This document shows positions 34,895 to 47,528 of a DNA stretch of 53,722 bases, piece after piece (position 1 is the stretch's first letter; the number at the start of each line of letters is the position of its first letter). The position numbers were made by a program, and so were the translations under genes. The stretch spans positions 62,001 through 115,722 of the forward strand of contig CAUYUJ010000291.1 of NCBI GenBank assembly GCA_963575745.1, given 5' to 3'. The notes under the pieces are model-generated. The model was not told the DNA's origin and did not search any database. It worked only from the letters and a program-made list of their open reading frames with translations. The DNA is from Prorocentrum cordatum (Eukaryota).

Positions 34895-36533
34895 GGTTTC
34901 GGAGCGGGTGCACCTGTCGCGAGCGCCGTGCGTGGCTTTGTCACCACGCTCGGCCTCGCAAGATCTCCCCCTGATGGTGCACCTGCCCAACAAGTTTTGC
35001 GGGCTGGGCCCTCTCTCCTGGGACTGTCCTCCTGGGAGTCGTCTCATCTCATCTCATCTCATCCTCTTCGGCTCAGCCTCTTCTTCTCGTCCTCCTCTTC
35101 TCGTCCTCTGCTTCGGCTCATCCTTTTTCCTAGCGCTAAACGTTTCGCGCCCTCCGCGGTTCGGATTCATCCTCATCCTCCTCTTCTCTCCTGGGAGGCG
35201 GCGGGAGAGCGCGAAGTTGTTCGCACTTCGCGCTTCGCGCAGCGCGCAGCGCGAAGTTGGGAGCCCTTGGCCAAGGCAAGGCGGGCAGGCCTGGGGCTTG
35301 GCATCGCCCGGACGTGTGCATTTGTTTCTCGGCGAGGACCATCGAGGACCATCCTGGACCATCGGGCAACAACAACAACACGCACGACACCGAAACATGC
35401 ACGGGAAATGGGCGTCCGAGCGACGGCAAGGGGGGAACCGGGATGCATCATGCCGCGGGTGCTCTCGGAGCGTCCCAGGGGACGCCCCGAGAGACGCCGC
35501 GGCGCCCGCCACGATAACCGTCTTGGCCCGATCCGAGTTTTTCCTGCGCCTGGCTTTCAGTCGGGCCTGTCCCTCTGCAGGGGGAGTATTCCAAAGTGGT
35601 TTCAATAACCAAAAATACGGGGACTCTTTTGTGAGTATTTATAGACAATTGTTTTAGTATCTGTTGAGTATTGTTTATTTCGGGGGTGGACAGAACCCCC
35701 AACAGTGACACGTCGATTAGTGAATTGTCCGTTTGCGGTTCTCGAGAGGGCGCCGTGGCCGTTATTTTCCAGGCTCGCGCCCGCCAGGTTTGGGCCTCGG
35801 GTCGTTTTCACCAAACCACGTTTTGCTAAAGGGAGGCTTGTCCATCCCCGATTATTTGTCGTCGCGAATTCCCCTGCAGGGGGACACGCCCGACTTGAGC
35901 CTGGCTTCACCTCAGCAGGGCGGCGGCGGGGGCCGGCAGGCCGTGCGGCAAGCGCGGCGGGCGCGCGGCGAGGAACGGGGTTTGTGCGCGCGGGCGGTGC
36001 AGGCCTCTGCTCGCCGAAGGGGGCCGCGGAGAGCTGGTGTTAGGTCGGGTCTGTCCCTCTACACGAGGAGATATGCAAATATAGTAAAAAAGATAGTGGA
36101 ACAATCGTCAAACAATAATCAAACTACTCACATATTTTCAACCGTACTCACAACAAACAAGCAAACATAAATAACCTGGGGACTATGTTTTAGTATGTTT
36201 GGGGCATCTTTGGGGGGTCCGTTTGGGGTATATTTAGTTTCTCCTCGAGAGTCCCCCTGTATGGGGGGGGACAGGCCCGACTGGAAGCTGGTGGCGGGGG
36301 AGGGCCGCGAGGGGCCGCGAGGGCCTGCGACCCTCGCGACGCGGGGCCCTCCCGCCTCGGAGCCGCCCTCTGCTTGCGGGGCCCGCGGCGTGCGCCATTG
36401 GCGCGCCGCCGCTCGGGGGGGGGGGTAGAGGCGGAGGGGGGCCGGCCGCGGACGACGGTCGGGAGGAGCAAGAAAAAAGGGGGGGGAGGGGAGGGAGGGG
36501 GGAGGGAGGGAGGGCGGGAGGAGGGAGCAGAAG

Positions 36534-36696
36534 TCAGGAGGGAAAGAAACACACAGACACAATTGATCGTCGATTCCCAGGAAAATATCGGAAAATATGG
36601 GAAGCGGGGGGGGAGACAGAAGCCCAGAAAGTATGAGGAAATGTTGGGGGTCTTTTTAGTTGTGTGTATTTCTTTGTGTGTCCTGGGGCCCCTTTA
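36534..36696. mobile_element. 163-bp interspersed element with 5-bp TSD (copy 2)
   Basis: TCAGGAGGG...GGCCCCTTTA flanked by AGAAG/AGAAG; same length as 5708-5870. Confidence 0.75.
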
Positions 36697-36985
36697 AGAA
36701 GGCAGAGAGGAGGGAGGGAGGGAGGGAGGGAGGGGGCAGGGAGGGGGGAGGGGGAGGGGGGGAGGGGGAGGGGGGGGGGGGGAGGGGGGGGAGGAGGAGC
36801 AGGAGCAAGAGGAGGAGGCACAGGGGAGGGAGGGAGAGAGGCGCCGGAGAGGGAGGGGACGGAGGTCGGCCCGGGCCGTCCGGGCGCCGCGGGGAGGGCG
36901 GAAGGGGGAGCCCCGGGCGTGCCGCGCCCCGGCGCGATCGGCCCGGCCGGCTCCCGGCGAACTGCGGCGCCCCCGCCGCGGCTCG

Positions 36986-37145
36986 GCCACGGCCACGGCC
37001 ACGGCCACGGCCACGGCCACGGCCACGGCCACGGCCACGGCCACGGCCAAGGCCACGGCCACGGCCACGGCCACGGCCACGGCCACGGCCACGGCCACGG
37101 CCACGGCCACGGCCACGGCCACGGCCACGGCCACGGCCACGGCCG
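36986..37145. repeat. (GGCCAC)n hexanucleotide microsatellite
   Basis: Directly visible. Confidence 0.95.
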
Positions 37146-37597
37146 GACCTCTGAGAGTCGGACGGGGCTTGTGTCGGGCTGGGCGAAAGGGGGGGATTGG
37201 GAAAGGGGGGGTTACGAAATTTGCTGCATGCAGCCGGTTTCGGCCTCGCCGAGGGGCACACATTCCTCGATACATGGCCGCCTCCGGCGCCGGGAGGCGC
37301 CAGGAAAATCAGCTGCGTGAGCTGATTCTCAAACCCCCCCTTTGCTATCCCCCCCTTTCGCCCGGCCCGATTGTGCGCCGCGTAATGGGGGGGTCATAAA
37401 TGGGGGGGTGGCGAGGGTGGTCCGAAAAGGTGCCCAAACGGTACCCAAACGAGCCCCCATGGGGCTCTGGAGGGGCCCGAAAGGGGGCTCGAGAGGGGAC
37501 CTTTTCTGACCCCCCCATTTGTGACCCCCCCAGTAAGCCACGCCCAGGGGCTGGGGTTGTGGAGGACGATCACTGGAGAGGAAGCATGCCGCCAACC

Positions 37598-37790
37598 GAC
37601 CTGTCTATCTAACGATTCTGGGCTAACTATCCCTTCGGCTATCGATCTAACTGTCTACCACCGACAACGCCTGCGGCGATTTGCCGCCGCCCCCTGCCTC
37701 CGGAAACGCATGCGCTATAACATGCCGAGCGAGGGTGTGGCCATGCTGGTGCACCAGGTGCTCCCCCAGCGCATGGGGAAGCCACTGGGG
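37598..37790. repeat. ~190-bp direct repeat, second copy at about 38507-38693
   Basis: Shared CGACCTGTCTA...ACTGTCTACCACCGA...GGCCATGCTGGTGCACCAGGTGCTCCCCCAGCGC..GGGGAAGCCACTGGG. Confidence 0.8.
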
Positions 37791-40649
37791 TTGTTGAGGA
37801 CGATCAATGTCTGAACCATGTGTGTTAAACATGGGTTAGAAGTGTTTAACACATGTGTAGAGACTTCTCAGAACACTCTTCCGATATTTTGAACACATTT
37901 CAGTTCAATGATGGGACTGTTAGGGTGTCCATTGTCGTCGCATCCACACGGCTAGGGGCCAAGGGGGTCAAGCCCGCGCGCCCGGAGGCGAGCTCATGAA
38001 CGACGCAGGCGGTGGCAGTCCATCGCGTGCCATACACGTTTGCGCCCCGATCCTGCAAAGCAGACCGTGCGCCAGGGAAGGTATCGCCCAATTGACGCGC
38101 TCATTACAGTAAGAATGGCGACGCGAATCCTGAAAATCGGCCTGGAGACCAAAAACGTCATTGAGAACCGATCACACGGCCAAGCCGGTGCTGGGACGAG
38201 GATCAATCCGTTCCAGAGCGTTCTGGAACGCTCCGAGAAGGCCGCGTCGCCCGAGACATCCTCCAGATCCACCAGGTCTCAGAGATCCTCGATTTATCCT
38301 TACCCGAAGTTATCCTCGTCCTGGCTTCGTCTCGGAGGGCCGTGCAAGCATGCGATTCGCCCAATGTGATCTTGGTTTCGATGCGATTTCCCCGCGAGCG
38401 GGGTGCACTTCGGAGGGGAAGTGCATATACCTCATGGACCACGTCTCGGTTGACAAGGTGATTGGGGGAGACGTGTGCAGCTTTCATGGTTTTGCGTTGG
38501 ATGGCCCGACCTGTCTAACTAACGATTATGGCTAAGTAACGGCTATATATCTTACTGTCTACCACCGAAGACGCCTGCTGCGAATCACCGCCGCTCCCTG
38601 CCTCTGGAAACGCATGCGCTGTAGCATGCCGAGCGAAGGTGCGGCCATGCTGGTGCACCAGGTGCTCCCCCAGCGCCTGGGGAAGCCACTGGGTTAACCA
38701 TGGGGAGGGACCCTCTGGGGTCATCTTGAGCCTCTCTTGGGGCTCTCGGGCCGACGGGACACCCCATGGAACAATCCACGGGATAACCACGGGACAACCG
38801 CGGGACACCCGGCGGGATGACCCACAGGACAACTACGGTACAACTACGGGACGACGCACGGGCAACATACAGGACAACCACCAGACAATCCCGCGGGTCA
38901 CTGCCAGACTGACACACAGGCATGTTGTCCGACTTACTCCTAGCCGCGGCCGGCACATCAGCATCCTCGCGTTGCTTCGCCTCGCCCGCACGCGCGACAC
39001 GGACCAGTACCGACTGCGGATTTCTGGTCGGTGGCCTCAGTTTGACTTCCGCCACGCCCTCCCAAACTTCCGAACGATACCCACGTTCTCCTTCCTTCTC
39101 GCCTCGTGGGGCATCCTGAGGGGCCCTCGGCTCCGCGGCCGGATTCGCCGCGGAGTTTGAGTCAGAGCGCGCCCCCGCAGGGGTCCAGGGGGCATCGGCG
39201 TCGGTATTCTTTCAGTTCTCCGATCGCCGTTGGCTTGGCGTCGCTCGGACGTGTGCATGTTTCCTTTGGCGAGGACCATCGAGGAGCATCCTCGATCATT
39301 TGGCGAAAACAAAAAAACACGCACGAAACCGACCAAAAAAACAGGGAATGGGCGTCCGAGCGATGGCGAGTTGCATGCACACGAGTGCTGCGCACGGGCG
39401 AGGACCAGCCTCGCGGTCGAGGGTGCCGGGGCGCGGGCCCACGGGTGCGCTGGGCGAATGGCGCGTGGATGTGGCCCTGCGCCGGAGTGGCCTCTGGTGC
39501 GGGCCCACTGGGGCTTCTGGATCTCTGGAAGCGACGCGATAGGAGCGGCGTGCGCGCTCTGGTGTGGCCCCCTCCGCGCCCCCCCTCACAACCGCGCACC
39601 GTAGGTCACTCTTGCCTAGGGTCACCCCTGCGTGCAGCCTGAAGCCGGGCCTGTCCCTCGACAGGGGGAATCTTCAACATCAGTCAACAAAAATAGTCTG
39701 GGGATTATTTGTGGAGTGTTTTTGGGCATCTTTTGAGTATTTTTTATGTTTTTATATTTTCGTCCAGAATCCCCCTGTGGGGGGACAGGCCCGACCCAAG
39801 TGTAGCCGATACGCGGTCCTGCGCGGGGCACCCGCGCATCGCCACCCTGCATCCACCAGGACGCGGCCCGGAATCAGGAGTCGGGAGCCTCGAGACGGGG
39901 GTCAATGCAAACAGGGGTCAGCCAGAGCGCCGGAGGAGGAGAAAACACACACACACACAGACACAATGAATCGTCGATTCCCAAAAAACAATTGGAACAT
40001 ATGGGAAGTGGGGGGGGAAGGCGAAACCCCAGCAAATATAGGAAAAGATGGGGAATCCTGTGAGTTGTGTGCATTTGTTTGTGTGTCCCAGGGCCCCTTC
40101 ACACCCTGCAGCCACCAAGGACGAGGCCGAGGAGGCCAGGCCGCGAGGCCCTGTGGCTTGCAATATGTGTCTCCCGCCTGCGGGCTGCGGGGCAGGCAGC
40201 TCATCGTGGCCATGGGGGAGCCTGGCCTGCCGTATGAGTTGCACCCGCCAGTGATCGGGGGCGGCAGAGGGGGGTGATGACTAGGGGGGGGTGGATATCA
40301 TGGCGGGGGCCATCATATTTCCCCAGGTTTCATGGCGCCTCTTCTTATTTCATTACGTCCCTGGCCCCCCCGCTGGGCCGCGCACATGCCGCCCGTCATG
40401 CTTTGCACCCCCACCCTCTTGGACACTCCCCTCTTGGCCGCTCACGAAGTGAGCCTAGGGCTCGATTCATGGAAACGTAAGACTCGACTATGCCAGATCT
40501 CGGCTTCGCTTTCGCTTTCTGATGGGCGCCATTTGGAGTTTGACGGTCCAGTTTTCGTGGGACGTCAGCATCGGGAGATCGCGTCAACTTTAGATTTAGT
40601 CTCGTTATTTTCATGATGGCCCCGTCAGGCCACCCAGAGTCAGGGCTCG

Positions 40650-40856
40650 CTTCGATTCCTCCGATTCGATTCGATTCGATTTCGATGGATGCCGATTCCG
40701 AATCGATTCGACTTGGGATTCCGATTCGGGTTCCGATTTCTCATTGGAGGCCTACTAGCCTGCCGATTTCCGCCGATTCGACGTTTTCCGACTCGGCTGC
40801 CGATTTCCGCCGATCCGATTCATTTCGATCGCCGATTCGATTTGTCGATTCGATTC
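40650..40856. repeat. CGATT/CCGATT pentamer-like repeat
   Basis: Dense TTCGA/CCGAT units. Confidence 0.7.
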
Positions 40857-41935
40857 TAGGCTCTCCTGCAGAGTCCCCCGAATTCGAGTCTTACGTCTCC
40901 CCGATCGATGGTCCTCAGGACGTTTGTCAGCCCAGCGAGTGCTTCCCCCCCTCCCAGCTCCGCCCATCGCACGCCGCTCTGCCTCGGCCCTCACTACAGT
41001 GAGCGGCTTGAATAAGGAACAGTTACTTTTCAAAAGGGGCTCGGTCGTTCCTTAGATTTTACATGCGTTATGTACAGTTCCTTATGCGTTATGTCTTATG
41101 TATCGTTCCTTATGCGTTATTCCTTGGGATAAAAAGGGGCTTCGTTCCTTATTTATCGTTCCTCAGGTCAGGCCGATGACTGTACGCGGCCTGCGTCGCT
41201 TTTGCAGGGCCTTGGTGGACAAGCGCTCGTGGGCGGCAGCACACGTTCGGAGGGTCATCGGAGGGTTTGCGGCTGTACCGTTGCGACCGCACAGACGGTC
41301 CACCCTCCACAGCGAGCGTGCGGCTCTTCCGTATTGGCCGCGTGGGATGGGTGCATTTCGCCACGGCCGCGGTGCAAAGTGGGCGCGGGAGGCCAGGTCC
41401 GCCGAGGGAGCGATGGTTGCGGGTGTGGTATGACTTGAAGTTCTGTGGCCAGTGAACGTGCTCCAGCACGCACGCACGCTCTCTACCTGGGGACCTGATT
41501 GGCCGTCTTGGGACAATCGCGGAGATTTCTTGGGCCTCCGCGCGCCCGGCGGACACCAGAGACCGCGAGTTTGCGAAGCTTGTTCCAGCAGCCCACGGGG
41601 CATCTATCATCCTGGCGTTCTCGGACCCCTGTGGGGGGACCTCGCGTGGCCCGCTTGGGCGCTCTTGCAGCCATCTGGGGCCGTCGTGCGGCCATCTCAG
41701 GCCGCCTTGGGACCATGTTGGCCCGACCTGGATGTGCAGCTGCGGCCGTCCTAGCGGCGTTGGCTGCCTGCCTCGGCCGCCTCTGGAGCCGAGCTTGTCC
41801 CTTGCTTCTCTCTCTACAGATGGGGAAGGGATACACAGCCACGCTAGGCGGCCTCGCGCCATATCTGACATCCTACCCCTCCCACCCATCCCCTCCCACT
41901 GCGCTCGCTCTCCCCCTCTCTCTCTATATCTCTCC

Positions 41936-41966
<31 letters not shown>

Positions 41967-43915
41967 CCTCTCTCTCTCTCTATATGTTTCCGCTCGCGCG
42001 TGTCATGGCGGACCCTAGAGCTCCAAACGGTACCCCATCGTGTATAGATGTGTGCTGAACAATCGGGAAGGGGTTGCTGCTTACATAGGTGGAGGAGGAG
42101 GAGGAGGAAGAGAAGGATGTGGCGGATGAGTAGGAGGATGGTCAGGAGGGGAAACGAGGAACATGGTGTTGAACGGGGAAGGCAAGGACGAACAACAGCA
42201 GCAGGAGTTGGAGTTGAAGGAGCGGGAGGAGCGGAAGGTCCAGGAGGGGTGAAATGAGGGGGGGCGACACCGATGAGGAAGGCATCGGATCCAGCAATGT
42301 GGCCCACACTTCGGCGTGAGCTGAAATACCGAGACCGCTTCGATGGGAGCCCAGATAGGAACGACGAAGCATTGAAATCCAGTGTAAGAGCACGGCGCCG
42401 AGAGGGCGGGGTAGTAGTATATTCATATTGAGTAAGTGTTGATGGGGTGGAGGGGCAGGGAAACAGGTGGAGGAGGAACGGGCCAGAGGTAGAGAACGGA
42501 GGAGGACGTTACGGAGATCGTGGCAGGTCAGTTCGGCACTCAACTGGGCCACTTCACACCACGCTGTCGTCCAAGGATGGGCTCAGTGTCCGCCATCGGA
42601 GCCTTCTCTCGGGCAGCATCCTGATTGAGTGCCGTGGGCGAAGGGAGAGTCCAGGGTCCATGACCCACCTTCCAGAATACAGCTTCTCGAGACATTGCGT
42701 CCCTCTGTCACAGCCTCCTGGGTGGCTGGGGGGCCGCTGCTGCCAAGTACTGCGGGCATAGTGTCCGCAATCTTGCCCTAACCAGGTGCGCCCCTTTCCT
42801 TGCCACCGAAGCTACTCCGCGGCTGTAAGTGTTTGGGGGCATGTGCAGGCGAGTCCACACGACCTCAATGACTGAATGTATGCAGTTTGAACACTTGCTT
42901 GGCGGACTCCGCAGGGTACAGTCGAAACCGGTAGGAAGGATGATCGACTTCCTAAGGGTACCGTGGCATCCTTGCCTCTTCGGTCATCTTCGCTCCATTC
43001 CCCACCACTTTCGATGGCCAGCCCCGCTTGAAGAGCTTCGGCATGGGTGTCCAAGGCCCTTGCACCCATATCGTGCATTATTGCTGTCAGTTTTGACTGT
43101 AGCTCACTTTCCCGATGCAACCATGCATTGCGGGCCTCACTCGCGCCGACCGCAGGGTTTCCCCGCGAGGCGGGCGCGCGCGTGCGCATGCGCGGTTTCT
43201 GCGCGAGGGCATGCTGCTCCCCATGCCGGCCTCGCGTGTTGTCAGGCTTCATCCACTTCTCTTATGACTTCTGGGACCAGTCAGGGCCACACACATGCCA
43301 TCATTGTCCGTGCTATGTGACTGCCCTTCCTCCACGATAGTTCTTCCATGACGCTCCGACTCCTTAAGTTCTGTGACCGCCTTTCCCAACCCAGCCTCGA
43401 GGTCTCGTGCCGTCCATGCATCTGTTATGTTGCCTCACATTATTATGCTTCTTTCGTAGCGTTTGGCTTCTCCGCAGGGTGCAGGTGCGACGTCCGGTGA
43501 TTATGTTTGAGACTGTTTCTCGAAAAAGGGCAGAGACCCACCATCTCCGTCGACCAAGAGGTCTGGGCCCAGCGATGCGCGCGATGTGTGGGCCTGCGTT
43601 GTCGTGTTGAGCGTATCGCGCAGGAGCGCTTGTTAATCACGCGTGTGCAGATGTGCGCACAGGCAGTGGTGCGTACATCCATGTCACCCATAGGCAGCCG
43701 CAGGCGGTTGACCGCATTGGCACACATGCGCAGTTCTGTCTACACCCGCAGTGCGTTCCCTCTCTATCTCTCCCTTTTCTACCTTTCCCTCGTTCATTTG
43801 TATTTTTGTTTGGTGGGTCTTTCTTGTCTCTCTCCCTCCCTCTCTCTCTCTCTCTCTCTCCCTTGTATAGTTGTCGTCATCTGTCTGTGTCCTTCTCTCT
43901 CTCTCTCTTTCTATT

Positions 43916-43949
<34 letters not shown>

Positions 43950-44420
43950 GCACTCTACATCTCTCGCGCTCTCTCTCTCACGGACTCTCTCTCTCTCTCT
44001 CTCGTTCTCTCCCTCTCCTTCTTTCTCCCAGAATCAATCACGCACACGCGCAATAGCCTTCGCTCCTGTCTTCGGCAAGGGGTGTGAGCTGATTGGATGG
44101 GAGAGGGGTCATTTTCAGCAAGTTCGTTGAACAGTCTTAGTTCGTTGTGAAGTTTGGCTGCGTGGAGATCTTCACAACCTGGTTGCCATGGGAGCCCGCA
44201 CCGCGGGAGTGGTCAGTGGTATGGAAGATGTCGTTAGGTTGGCGCCCAGCAAGATGGTTGTATCACATCGTATCAGGAGAGTCCTTGGTGGTGGTGAATG
44301 TTCTGCCTCCTCTTTAGATGCTCATAGGTTGGCACTGGTACCAATATCGGTGGTCGCCTCTACCTCGGGAAAGTGACCTCAGATCTCGGTGATGGTGGTG
44401 GTGGTCTTCAGGCCACGTGT

Positions 44421-44947
44421 CGGCGGCGAGCGAGGGAGGGAAATGAGAAGGAGAAGGCCTTCTCAGAAGGCGGCTGGATTTCTCAGAAGCCCTCGCGCCT
44501 TCTGAGAAGTTTGTCCTGCCTTCGGGGAAGGCTTAGAACACTTCTCAGAAGACCGGGGGACTTCCGAACCTTCTGAGGGGGCCTGTTCCTTCTCATTTCC
44601 CCCTCTCGCTTGCCGCCGAACGTGGGTGGCCGCAAGGTCAAGACTTCCACCAGCATCGTGGATACTCCTCCCATGGTAGAGGCGGTCCCCGGGACATGGC
44701 CTCAATCGATGACCGTTTTCCCCTGGTGGAGGCACGCCCCCAGGATCCGGCGGCGAGCGAGGGGGGGAAATGAGAAGGAGAGGGCCTTCTCGGAAGGCGG
44801 CGGGGCTTCTCAGAAGCCCTCGCGCCTTCTGATACGTTCTTGTCCGTCTTCGGGGAAGGCCCAGAAAGTTTCTCAGCGGGCCGGGGGACTTCCGAACTTT
44901 CTGAGCAGGCCTTCTCCCTCTCGGTTCCCCCCCGTCGCTCGCCGCCG
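44421..44947. mobile_element. Two adjacent ~200-bp palindromic MITEs (44421-44618, 44748-44947)
   Basis: Each begins CGGCGGCGAGCGAGGG..GGAAATGAGAAGGAG and ends ...CGCT(T/C)GCCGCCG, with internal TTCTCAGAAG palindromes. Confidence 0.75.
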
Positions 44948-46104
44948 ACCTCCTAAACTTGGCATCGCTCGGACGTGTGCATTTTTTCTTCGGCGAGGAT
45001 CATCGAGGAGCATCCTTGATCATTTGGCGAAACAGCCACGCACGAAACCTACAAAAACACGGGGAACTCTGGTCCATCCGCAGTCTCCGCTGTCGATCGG
45101 TGGCGAGCAAGCTCCGTGGGGCACGCGGCCGAGGAGTCCCGGCGGCGAGGCTGCGGACGTGGCCAGGTGGCTGGAAGCCACCACTCTGCAAGCCAAGATC
45201 CTGCCGGGTCCTGCGGGAGAGCACGGCCAGTGGAGAACGCGTGGACGTTTCGACCCGCTTCAGCAGTTCTTTCGGGTGCGCCAGTGCCCTGGTCTTTGAG
45301 GCCCCCCGTCGCGCGGCACTGACGTGGACGTCTCTCCCGCCTCCGGGTCTTGCTGGTGATGGATGGTCTCGTGGGCGGAAGGGACACCTGTATCCGTGGC
45401 CTCGCGGGCCAGTCCCCCAGCGACCCCGCGGACACAGGGCGTTTTCTCGGGGACGCCCCGCGCGGAGCGTACCCAGACTGCGAGGAGCCGTAGCGCGCCG
45501 AGGCACCGCGAAACCCAGACTGCGAGGAGCCGCAGCGTACCCAGACGGCGAGGAACCGCGGCGTACCTCAGGCTGCAACTTCAGGGAGCTTGGCATCGCT
45601 CGGGCGTGTGCACTTTTGCTCACGCACGAATATATCGAGGGAACACACGCACGAAACCGAGCAATTCGCAGGAAATGGACGTCCGAGCGACGGCAAGGGA
45701 GGCTGAACTCAGCACTGGCGCTGGCACGCCCGTGGCCCCCAAAAAGTCCTGCCTCAGCCGCGTGAGCCTGGCCCAGTCCGGCTGAATCTTGCGAAACCTT
45801 GGGGCCTAAATCTGGGTTTGTATGGCTTCAAGGCTCTTTACTTCATCGTTCGGGCGGAGACCTCCCGGAAGTTGCCTCCGAACCCCCACCAACCCCGACA
45901 TGCGATGTTTTAGTTTTTTTTAGATAGGGGTTCCCCTAAAGTTCCGCCCCTGGGGTTGCTAAGGGGATAGGGGGGTTACAGGGTCATCCAGCTGCCTGCG
46001 GTAAGACATGCCACCGTGCCAGCGCAGCATTGTGGGTGGCCTCTGTTCTGGGAGGTATGGGAGGCCGTCTTTCGTGACAATTCGCATCTGCAGGCTTGGG
46101 AGAC

Positions 46105-46660
46105 CCGTGATGACGATGCTGATGATTATGATGACGACGATGATGATGATGCTGATGGTGGTGGTGATGGTCATGATGATAATGGTCATGATGATTATGT
46201 AAATGTTGATGATGGTGCTGATGCTAGTGATGATGTGGATGATGGTTATGGCGATGGCGATGGCGATGGTGATGGTGATGGTGATGGTGATGGTGATGGT
46301 GGTGGCGGTGACGGTGATGATGCTGATGGTGGTGGTGGCGATGGTGGTGATGATGATGATGATAACGATGCTGAGGAGTATACTGATGGTGATGACGAGG
46401 ATGATGGTGGTTTTGATGGTAATGATAATGCTGCTGATACTGATGATGATGATAATGATGATGAGGCTGACGATGCTGATGATGATGACGACGGTGACGA
46501 GGCGGAGGAAGGGGAGGAGAGATAAGTATGGTCATGGTGGTAGTGGCGATGATGGTGGTGGTGGTCATGATGATAGTGATGATGAGGAGGAGGAGGATGG
46601 TGTGGATGGTGCTCTTGCGGGTGAGGATGGGGATTTGGGATGATGATGATGAGGAGGAGG
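46105..46660. repeat. Degenerate (GAT/GGT)n low-complexity tract
   Basis: Directly visible. Confidence 0.85.
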
Positions 46661-47528
46661 AGGAGGCGGTGGAGAAAAGGGAGGAGGTAACGGAGGAGGA
46701 AGACAGGTGGCATGAGGAGACGGCGGACGAGGACGACCGTCACATGGGACACGTTTCGGTTTCACTTCCTACGCTAAATTGCTTGCTAAGCTTCGGAACA
46801 CCAACTTCGGTTCCATGGGTCAGGCGTCGCTCACGCGAATTTCGTTATTTTGTTCTCGATGGTTTTCTGGTTACGGGTGTGATTTCTTGCAGATCTGGAA
46901 TTGTAGAACTTCATCGTCGTCTTGATCCAGATTTCATAACGCCTTTCCGAATGATTCGACATGGTTTTCGAGCGGTGTGGCGTTAGCCTTTCAGGGGGGT
47001 CCCAGTGGTAAAACAACTTCTTGGATTAGTGTATACCTGTAAACTATCTTATAGTTGAATGTCTCTGCTGTGATAGTCTTAGTTTTGTACAACTTTTGCG
47101 GGTTGTGCTCAAGACGTTGCTATCTTCTTGCAGGGACTGGGGCACCGGGGCTCGACTATCTATCATCAATCGTGAATTCATGTAATACATATGCATGTAC
47201 ACACCTAAACATGTATGTAGTATTTGTTTTGGCCCGCAGGCCGAAGTGCCTTGCAGAAGCTGGCCCGAAGAGGAGGAGGAGATCTCGTGCAAATGTGCGA
47301 GCACTGCTTGGGAGTCTGGAGCCATGCCGCGGGAAACCCGCACTGCCCGCTGTCTAGAGACGCCCGCTGGACCGTTTGTCGTGGACTGCCCGTGGTGCCC
47401 GTGGCGGGCTTAATCTTGTCAGAAGGTTGGTGGATGCTGGTGCGAATGCGGGGCGTGTTCTGACCTTCCTCGCCTTCTCCTGGCTGCAGGTCGCATGGCT
47501 GCAGGTCGTCAGCGACCAAGCTTTGGTA

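Larger units (their letters stand above)
28958..35061 (+). mobile_element. Full-length, decayed non-LTR retrotransposon (LINE) with 5' spliced leader
   Basis: 17-bp TSD TCCTCTTCGGCTCAGCC (28944-28960 and 35062-35078); (TCTCA)4 tail at 35042-35061; ORF1 and ORF2 with APE, RT and RNase H motifs. Confidence 0.95.

Noticed and set aside
42250..43720. Unique-looking sequence with ORFs such as 42812-43252 (-)
   Set aside because: Possibly a decayed gene or element, but no motif was recognised and the frames are broken.
46016..46643. Acidic or Met-rich ORFs (also 22279-23076 and 27898-28340)
   Set aside because: Translations of trinucleotide microsatellites.
47236..47520. Candidate + strand exons after CAG|G (also about 40110 and 49088)
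   Set aside because: Acceptor-like contexts exist, but no frame can be tied to the nucleoporin or to any known protein without transcript data.
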